In this document: piece by piece, positions 31,687 to 37,193 of the stretch
How the letters are laid out: every line of letters begins with the position of its first letter
How positions within the stretch are numbered: position 1 is the stretch's first letter
Assembly (NCBI GenBank): GCA_035945735.1
Contig: DASYZY010000033.1
Location: 1-37,193 of the forward strand
DNA: 37,193 nucleotides
DNA from: Thermoplasmata archaeon
GTDB lineage: Archaea; Thermoplasmatota; Thermoplasmata; Lutacidiplasmatales; UBA184
Reading direction: 5' to 3'
Translations under genes and position numbers: made by a program
The notes under the pieces: generated by a model
Databases searched by the model: none
Told to the model about the DNA's origin: nothing
Seen by the model: the letters and a program-made list of their open reading frames with translations, nothing else

Positions 31687-32427
31687 GTGGCGGCGATCCG
31701 CTGGCCGCTGGTGCGGGAGATCCTGCGCAAGGACCTCGAGGAGGTCTCCCGGTCCCGCCAGCTCCTGTACCCGATGTTCGTCTTCCCGATCTTCATCACC
31801 GGCGACTCGCTCCTCATCATCTCGGCCATGGCCGCCGGAAGCAACGCCGGCCCCACGGCCCTGGCCGACTCCTTCTTCCGGTTCGGGGGACTCCTCCTTG
31901 TGCTGCCGGTCGTTGTTCCCACGCTCCTGGGCTCCTCCTCCGTCGTGATGGAGAAGAACAACCGGACGCTCGAGGCACTGCTTTCCACGCCGCTCACGGA
32001 TACCGAGCTCCTGCTCGGCAAGGCGCTCGCGCCGCTCGTACCCGCCCTCGCGCTCACCGCAGCGAGCTTCACCGTGTATGCGACGGGCGCGGCCCTGGTC
32101 GTGAACGCCCACCAACCGGGCACGAACCTGCCTTGGATCCCGTTCCTGGTCTCCGCACTCGTGATCGCGCCCATCCTCGCGTCGTTGTCCACCTGCGTCT
32201 CGGTCGCCGTCTCCACCAAGGCGAAGGACATGCGCTCGGCGCAGCAGCTGTCCACGTTCGTCCTCCTACCGCCGCTGATCGTCGTGATCGTGCTCGCCAT
32301 CGCCCTCGGCCCCAGTCTGCGGGCCCAGGCTGCCTTCGCCGTGATCTTCGCTCTCCTGACGTTCGCCGTGCTCCGGATCACCGTGCAGCGGTTCCAGCGC
32401 GACCAGATCCTGGTCGCGGGGCTCTAG
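31687..32427 (+). CDS. ABC-2 family transporter permease
   Basis: It has about six hydrophobic segments and the motif VVMEKNNRTLEALLSTPL typical of ABC-2/NatB-type permeases. The GTG start is 2 nt after the ATPase stop. Confidence 0.75.
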   Translation: MAAIRWPLVREILRKDLEEVSRSRQLLYPMFVFPIFITGDSLLIISAMAAGSNAGPTALADSFFRFGGLLLVLPVVVPTLLGSSSVVMEKNNRTLEALLSTPLTDTELLLGKALAPLVPALALTAASFTVYATGAALVVNAHQPGTNLPWIPFLVSALVIAPILASLSTCVSVAVSTKAKDMRSAQQLSTFVLLPPLIVVIVLAIALGPSLRAQAAFAVIFALLTFAVLRITVQRFQRDQILVAGL

Positions 32428-32429
32428 CG

Positions 32430-33077
32430 ATGCCGGCGAAGAAGCGGCCCGCGCGCGCTCCCTCCCCCGCCCCGGAGACCGAAGCTCCACCGGCGCCGAC
32501 GGGTCCCGCCACTCCACCGGGCCCGCCCGTGCTCACTACCTTTTCGAGCTCGATGCGCGTGGACGCGGTCGTCTCCGATTGGCGGGCCGAGCTCGATCCG
32601 GAGCGATCGACCGAGGAGCGCGAGCGGGAGCTCTACGGCCGGGCCTGGGAGGCGTACCTCGCCGGCGACTACGGCTTCGGCCTCTGGTGCTGGCTCGAGG
32701 TCGACCGGCTCATCCTGGCGTTGGGCGGGGCCGTGGGCCAGGCGACCCGAGTGCTCGGACCCGGTAGTTACCTCGGCTTCTCCCACCGCAAGGCGATCGC
32801 CGCGGCGGTCCCGGTCGACAAGATCTACCGGCCGCGGAAGGGGGACATGAGCACGCCCCGACCGGACGCCGTCGTGCTACCCACGTACCAGGCGCTGTGC
32901 GTCTACACCCTTCGGGCGCAGAGCGGCCTCCCGAAGGACAAGGCCCAGCTCGAGATCGCGCTCGGCGAGTACGCCGAGCGGCGCCGTGCCGATCCGTACG
33001 GGAAGTTCTACGAGACCTTCCGGTCGCTCCTCGAACGGGGGCAAGGCGAGAGCGACCGGGCGACGCCGCCGGCATGA
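32430..33077 (+). CDS. Hypothetical soluble protein (Pro-rich N-terminus, about 215 aa)
   Basis: The ATG is 2 nt after the permease stop, and its own stop overlaps the truA start (ATGA at 33074..33077). No TM segment or recognisable motif was found. Confidence 0.55.
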   Translation: MPAKKRPARAPSPAPETEAPPAPTGPATPPGPPVLTTFSSSMRVDAVVSDWRAELDPERSTEERERELYGRAWEAYLAGDYGFGLWCWLEVDRLILALGGAVGQATRVLGPGSYLGFSHRKAIAAAVPVDKIYRPRKGDMSTPRPDAVVLPTYQALCVYTLRAQSGLPKDKAQLEIALGEYAERRRADPYGKFYETFRSLLERGQGESDRATPPA

Positions 33078-33943
33078 CCCGGCCGGTCCGTCGCTGGCTC
33101 CTCCGCTTCGGGTACGACGGGTCGCGATTCGCCGGCTGGGCCCGGCAGCCCGGGCTGCGGACGGTCGAGGGGGAGATCGTCGCCGGGATTCGGCGCCGCC
33201 GCATCGCTGAGCTGTCGGGCCGGCCCGGACTCGAGGTGGCGAGCCGCACCGACCGGGGCGTGAGCGCGCGAGCGAATGCGCTCGTACTGCGGAGCTCCCT
33301 GCCGCCGTCGTCGTTGCTCCAGGCGCTCAATGGCATCGCCCCGGACATCCTGTTTCGCGAGGCCCGGGAAGTGACCGACGTTTTCCGGGTGCGAGGTGCG
33401 ATCGCCCGGGAATACCACTACCTCGAACCGGGCCCGGCGGCGACGGCCGCCCGGTGGGCCGAGCTGGTCCCACTGTTCGAAGGTCGCCCGGTCGACGTCC
33501 GCTCCTTCGGCAGGGGCCTGCCGCTCGGCGCCCCCGTGTGGCGGGACATCGAACGGCTGAGCGTCGTGGAGGAGACGGGGTACTTCCGACTCGAGCTCCG
33601 CGCACGTTCCTTCGTCTGGGGGATGGTGCGAAAGATCGTCGCCGCCCTGCGGGCCGCGACCGCGGGGGAGATCTCGCCGGAGCGCCTCGCTGCGGCTATC
33701 GCGGGGAAAGTGCGGCTCACCCTGCCGCTCGCCGAGCCCGAACGCCTCGTGCTATGGGAGGTCGAGTACCCTGAACGGGGCGGCCTCCCGGCCCCGCGTC
33801 TCGCCTGGCGCCAGCGGGCCTACTTCGATTCCGAAGGTATCTGCGCCGCATTGCGCCCGGCCGTGCTGGCCGCCGTCTTGGATGGGGGTCCGCAGCCGGC
33901 AGCGGCTTCCCTCCGGACCGGCCGGAGGGCGCGGCCGGACTAG
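33074..33943 (+). CDS. truA: tRNA pseudouridine synthase A
   Basis: The sequence carries RFGYDGSRFAGWARQPGLRTVEGEI, and the catalytic Asp lies in ASRTDRGVSA. RSFVWGMVRKIV is also present. Confidence 0.8.
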   Translation: MTRPVRRWLLRFGYDGSRFAGWARQPGLRTVEGEIVAGIRRRRIAELSGRPGLEVASRTDRGVSARANALVLRSSLPPSSLLQALNGIAPDILFREAREVTDVFRVRGAIAREYHYLEPGPAATAARWAELVPLFEGRPVDVRSFGRGLPLGAPVWRDIERLSVVEETGYFRLELRARSFVWGMVRKIVAALRAATAGEISPERLAAAIAGKVRLTLPLAEPERLVLWEVEYPERGGLPAPRLAWRQRAYFDSEGICAALRPAVLAAVLDGGPQPAAASLRTGRRARPD

Positions 33944-34317
33944 GGACCGATCGGTGCCGCGAGTAGGACGGCGTCGATCGCATCGACCAGTAGCGGCCGG
34001 GCTCGAGCGGGCTCCATCGGATTCTCGGCGGAGCCGAGCGAGAGCAGCCCGCGGTCCAGGCCCCGCGCCAGGTCGGTGAGGAAGGCGACGGCGCAGGGAG
34101 CCGAATGGAACCCGCGGCCCCGCAGGAACTCCAGTTCGAGGGGAACCGCGGCGAAACGCACTCCACCGCGGGACCCGTAGAAGGGGCGGCTGCACCAGCA
34201 GGTGCCGCGCTGACGCGGGGAGAGCCGGTCGAGGATGATACCGGACGCCACGCCGACTCCGTCGGGCTCCACCCGCGGGGGGGTAGGCCGAGGGCGCGCG
34301 GCCACGCCGGACCCCAA
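33940..34317 (-). CDS. Hypothetical protein (125 aa), no family recognised
   Basis: The frame shows strong G/C bias at third codon positions (17 of 20 in a sampled stretch), unlike the overlapping Arg-rich frames. It contains C-W-C and one further Cys. The stop overlaps the truA stop in CTAG. Confidence 0.45.
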   Translation of the reverse strand: MGSGVAARPRPTPPRVEPDGVGVASGIILDRLSPRQRGTCWCSRPFYGSRGGVRFAAVPLELEFLRGRGFHSAPCAVAFLTDLARGLDRGLLSLGSAENPMEPARARPLLVDAIDAVLLAAPIGP

Positions 34318-34404
34318 TCTCGGAAGAGTATGTCAACTCGTGGGGCGTGCCGAACCGCACGGGACGCGGGGGGATCTCTCGGGTAAGCCTGAGGGGGAGG
34401 ACCC

Positions 34405-35112
34405 GTGGGCCTCCAGACGGCTCGAATGACGACGGTGCGGGTCCTGGCGGCCCACGATCTCGTGGCGGCCCGGTTCCCTCGGGAACCGTCGCAGCAGGCC
34501 CCGCGCGCGCGCGCCGTAGGTGCCGCGATCGACAGCAGCCTCTCGCAGCTGAGCCATGAGAGCTCCCTCGGCCGCCGACCGACACTCAGCGCGATGCAGC
34601 GCTTCGGCGCCGAGCGCCTAGAAGAGCTGCTGGACGAGGTCGAGGAGCCACCGTCCCCCGAGGTTCGGGCCCGCATGCTCGAAGAGATCCTCGGCTCCTT
34701 GCGTGCGTTCCGATCCAGCGAGCTGATGGGGCTGCCTCGACCCCGATCGAGGCTCGTGCTCGTCGCCGAACGGGCGGGGTACTTCGCGCAGCCGGACTTT
34801 TGGGATCGACGCGCGCGGTTCTTCGAGATGAAGAGCTTCCGCGCGATCCCGCCACCGCCGGACATCCTCCTTCAGCTCCAGCTCTTTCAGCTGGCGTTCC
34901 CGGGGGCGGCCGGCACGTTGGTGTGTATCGACCGTCACGCGGCTCCCGTGAGCACCTCGAGCTGGACAGTGCCGCCGCTGCAAGATCTGGAGGCGAGCTC
35001 GCTGCTCGCCTATGCCCATTCGAAGGCCACCGAGAGCGGGGAGGAGAAGGTGCTCGAGTACATCGACCACCCGATCGTGAGGTACGGCTTGCCGCCGGCC
35101 CCGACTGCCTGA
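34405..35112 (+). CDS. Hypothetical protein with PD-(D/E)xK nuclease-like motifs (Cas4/RecB-like core without Fe-S cysteines)
   Basis: The ordered motifs are GYFAQPDFWD (motif II Asp), ARFFEMKSF (E-x-K) and LLQLQLFQLAF (Q-x-x-x-Y/F-like). The N-terminal DLVAARFPREP sits where Cas4/AddB have CP-x-x. The start is GTG 34405 (GGGGGAGG upstream) or ATG 34426. Confidence 0.4.
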   Translation: MGLQTARMTTVRVLAAHDLVAARFPREPSQQAPRARAVGAAIDSSLSQLSHESSLGRRPTLSAMQRFGAERLEELLDEVEEPPSPEVRARMLEEILGSLRAFRSSELMGLPRPRSRLVLVAERAGYFAQPDFWDRRARFFEMKSFRAIPPPPDILLQLQLFQLAFPGAAGTLVCIDRHAAPVSTSSWTVPPLQDLEASSLLAYAHSKATESGEEKVLEYIDHPIVRYGLPPAPTA

Positions 35113-35152
35113 CCGAACCGATGGTCGCGAGACCACCCGGCTGTGCGTAAAT

Positions 35153-35227
35153 TGCTCCCGCCGGGATTCGAACCCGGGTTACGGGGTCGAAGGCCCCGAA
35201 TCCTTGACCGGACTAGACTACGGGAGC
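35153..35227 (-). tRNA. tRNA-Glu (anticodon UUC), 75 nt, CCA not encoded
   Basis: The reverse complement folds as acceptor GCTCCCG/CGGGAGC, D-stem GTCT/GGAT with loop AGTCCGGTCAA, and anticodon stem CGGGG/CCCCG. The anticodon loop is CCTTCGA, the T-arm is CCGGG-TTCGAAT-CCCGG, and the discriminator is A. A TATA-like element (rc CCCTTTAGC, about 35251..35259) sits about 25-30 nt upstream. Confidence 0.85.
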
Positions 35228-35358
35228 TCGGCCGGTTTCGGGCTCCCGCGGCTAAAGGGTTTCGGCCCCCGTCCCTCGCCGCGGTTCGGTCGGGAGAGTG
35301 GGAGAGGAAGCGACGGGGCGAGTCGGACCGAGCGAGCGCGCGCGCCCGGACGGCCCCT

Positions 35359-36402
35359 CTAGGGGTTCGCCCCGGACTCGACGAGCACCGCGCGATTGAT
35401 CGCCTGCTCGGCGATGTCCGTCGCATAACCCGAGCTCCGGTCGAGACTGTTGACGATCCGGCCAAGGGCGAGGAGCTCCTCGCCTTTGCGGGTCGCCACG
35501 TGGTGGGAGAGCGCGTCGATGAGCTTCTGGTGGCCGTGTCGGGCGTCGATCGCCTCGTTGGCCGCGTCGATGTCCGAGCTGATCAGGGCGCTGAACGCGC
35601 GGTCCAGGATCGCGAGGCCGGAGGCGTTGGCCTCCTCGAATTTTGTGAGCAGCTTCGGGTCGAGCGCCTTGGTCCCCGAAAGGACCGGAAAGGTCTCCGC
35701 AATCCGCTCGGCGTGGTCGCCGATGCGCTCGAGGAGCTTCGCCACGTGCCGATGCGACTGCATGGCGGGCGCATCGTTGCCGCCCGCGTGGCCGTGGGAG
35801 CGGCCGCTGCCGGCGGGCGCCGGCCAGCTATGGGCTAGGTGGTACTGCTTGGCCACCATCCAGTACAATCGATCGACGTCTTGGTCGCGCTGGGCGACGT
35901 CGCGCGCGAGGACCTCCGAACAGTTTCGGAACGCGAGTAGGGCGTCCTCGAGCATCGCGCGGACGATGAGGTGCATCCGCCGAAGGCACTTCTCCGCGCT
36001 GAGCTCGGTGGGGTCGGAGAGGTCCTGGATGAGGATCTGGTTGCGGTTCTCCTCGATCACCTCCGGCCCGATGACGAGGCGGCAGAACTCGCGAGCGACC
36101 CGGCGCATGAAGGGTCCCTTCTCTGGCGCGAACCGAACCTCGATGAGGCCGAACCCGGAGATGTACGCGCCGATGAGCTTCCGCAGCAGATGCTCACGGA
36201 CCTCCTCGCCCTTCTCGGTGAAGACCTTGCGGCGAATGGCCGCCCTCTCGCCGGGCCGGCAGTGGACGGAGACGGTCCCGTTGGACTGGGTTTCGAGGTA
36301 GAGCGTGTCGCCGGCCTTGAGCCCGGCGCCCTGCACCCAGCGCTTCGGCAGGGACACGAGGTAGGTGGACCCCCCGGCCATCTGGAGCTTCCGCCCTTCC
36401 AC
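35359..36402 (-). CDS. AbrB/SpoVT-domain plus PhoU-domain regulator, paralog 2 (His-rich internal loop)
   Basis: The AbrB-like N-terminus is LQMAGGSTYLVSLPKRWVQGAGLKAGDTL. PhoU-like repeats follow (DQDVDRLYW, KLLERIGDHAERI, SLDRSSGYATDIAEQA). The start is GTG 36402 (AAGGTG 8 nt upstream) or ATG 36381. Confidence 0.8.
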   Translation of the reverse strand: MEGRKLQMAGGSTYLVSLPKRWVQGAGLKAGDTLYLETQSNGTVSVHCRPGERAAIRRKVFTEKGEEVREHLLRKLIGAYISGFGLIEVRFAPEKGPFMRRVAREFCRLVIGPEVIEENRNQILIQDLSDPTELSAEKCLRRMHLIVRAMLEDALLAFRNCSEVLARDVAQRDQDVDRLYWMVAKQYHLAHSWPAPAGSGRSHGHAGGNDAPAMQSHRHVAKLLERIGDHAERIAETFPVLSGTKALDPKLLTKFEEANASGLAILDRAFSALISSDIDAANEAIDARHGHQKLIDALSHHVATRKGEELLALGRIVNSLDRSSGYATDIAEQAINRAVLVESGANP

Positions 36403-36501
36403 TAGTGCACCTTAGGAAAGAGAGGACCATCTACGGAGTATAAGGTAAAATCACAGGAGTCTCTATATTTCACCTATAGTTCCCACGCTAGACCCAAGCC
36501 C

Positions 36502-36519
36502 CCGGAGACACGGCTCCGG
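36502..36519 (-). terminator. Hairpin CCGGAG-ACACGG-CTCCGG just downstream of the RraA-family gene
   Basis: The perfect 6-bp stem lies 12 nt after the stop at 36531. There is no T-tract. Confidence 0.2.
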
Positions 36520-36530
36520 CGTCGATCCCG

Positions 36531-37160
36531 TCAGCCGACCCGCTCCCAACGCTCGAGCTTCTGGACCTTCCCCAGCGTCGATCCCCGCCGGATCTCCTCG
36601 CGCACCCGATTCTCGTGCTCGAGGACATCGAGCGCCCGGTTCGCGATCTCCTGCGCCCGCTCCCGCGGGACGACGACGAGCCCGCTCGCGTCCCCGACCA
36701 TCCAGTCGCCGGGCCGGACCCGCTGACCCCCGACCGTCACCTCGACGCCGATCTCGCCATGTCCCTTGGGCTCGCCCGCGTTGGGGGAGACGTGCCGGCT
36801 GAAGACCGGGAAGCCGAGCTCGAGGATGGCGTCGAGGTCGCGGACGGCGCCGTCGATCACGACCCCGCTCACCTTCTTGCCGTGCGCCGACCAGCTGGCG
36901 AGCTCGCCCCAGATCGCGGTGGTCTGGCCGCCCGAGTCGACGACGATGACCTCCCCCTCGCCGGCCCGGTCGATCGCCTCGACCGGTTTCGCCCAGTCCC
37001 CATCGCGGGTGACCACGGTCACCGCCGGTCCCACCATCTTCGAGTCCGGCCGCGGGAGGTGCGGGAGGAGCCCGTGCAGCGCGCCCTTGCGCTGCATCGC
37101 GTCGGAGAGGTTCGGCGTGGAGACCTTGAGGAAGGCCGCCCGGACCTCCCCCTCGCTCAC
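36531..37160 (-). CDS. RraA-family protein (RNase E inhibitor RraA / 4-hydroxy-4-methyl-2-oxoglutarate aldolase fold)
   Basis: The sequence carries VSTPNLSDAMQRKG, GEVIVVDSGGQTTAIWGELASWSA and VSGVVIDGAVRD...GFPVFSR. The frame stays open upstream to the window edge (37193), so the GTG at 37160 is only the first visible start. Confidence 0.8.
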   Translation of the reverse strand: MSEGEVRAAFLKVSTPNLSDAMQRKGALHGLLPHLPRPDSKMVGPAVTVVTRDGDWAKPVEAIDRAGEGEVIVVDSGGQTTAIWGELASWSAHGKKVSGVVIDGAVRDLDAILELGFPVFSRHVSPNAGEPKGHGEIGVEVTVGGQRVRPGDWMVGDASGLVVVPRERAQEIANRALDVLEHENRVREEIRRGSTLGKVQKLERWERVG

Positions 37161-37193
37161 CCGGTGGAAGTGTTCGCTCGCAATCGCGCTCCG

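Noticed and set aside
33717-34865. ORFs 33717..34865 (-, 382 aa), 33752..34585 (-, 277 aa) and the short + strand ORFs 33882..34559
   Set aside because: The translations are Arg/Pro/Gly-rich. The frames chosen here (33940..34317 minus and 34405..35112 plus) have much better third-position GC bias and more normal composition. This region remains the least certain annotation.
1-37193. Search for CRISPR arrays, rRNA genes, IS elements/transposases, integrases, prophage genes and long exact repeats
   Set aside because: I saw no regularly spaced direct repeats, no rRNA-like conserved stretches, no DDE/serine/tyrosine recombinase motifs and no long duplicated DNA by reading both strands. The only repeated coding modules are diverged paralogs (VOC x2, AbrB-PhoU x2) and the intragenic PKD repeats.

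Overview
This is a very GC-rich, gene-dense chromosomal window that looks archaeal. The evidence is AT-rich TATA-like boxes about 22-30 nt upstream of many start codons and of both tRNA genes, two AbrB-PhoU regulators, NikR, Lrp/AsnC, and tRNAs without an encoded CCA. An uncultured Thermoplasmatota-like euryarchaeon is only a guess. I support about 40 protein genes and 2 tRNAs.

Many of the long ORFs in the supplied track are antisense or alternate-frame artefacts of the GC content. They give Arg/Pro/Gly-rich translations and overlap genes with clear family signatures.

Content from left to right:
- a nickel module (NiCoT permease plus NikR)
- a CX5R phosphatase plus SAM-methyltransferase pair, divergent from a PiT phosphate transporter
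- a VOC/glyoxalase protein
- a large FN3/PKD surface protein with a cytoplasmic zinc ribbon
- a lone GltD-like oxidoreductase
- a GH15 glycosidase
- two small envelope proteins
- an argC-J-B-G-H operon whose last stop overlaps the start of an orphan, domain-permuted N4/N6 DNA methyltransferase
- a minus-strand operon of SoxA/HcnAB-like, SoxB-like, membrane and MTHFR-like genes
- AbrB-PhoU regulator 1
- a Fe-ADH preceded by a Fur-C-terminal-domain-only protein and a DUF1059-like mini-protein
- a second VOC paralog
- vapBC next to tRNA-Leu(CAG)
- an LsrF/DhnA-type aldolase and lrp, divergent from glnA
- an ABC-2 transporter, hypothetical and truA operon
- a divergent pair of unknowns (a 125-aa protein and a Cys-less Cas4/RecB-like PD-(D/E)xK candidate) next to tRNA-Glu
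- AbrB-PhoU regulator 2 with a His-rich loop
- an RraA-family protein

I saw no CRISPR array, rRNA, transposase or integrase. Nothing here is a clear-cut new system. The best leads are:
- the orphan Fur dimerisation-domain protein cluster
- the permuted methyltransferase coupled to argH
- the fused amine-dehydrogenase/MTHFR-like operon
- the unknown divergent pair by tRNA-Glu
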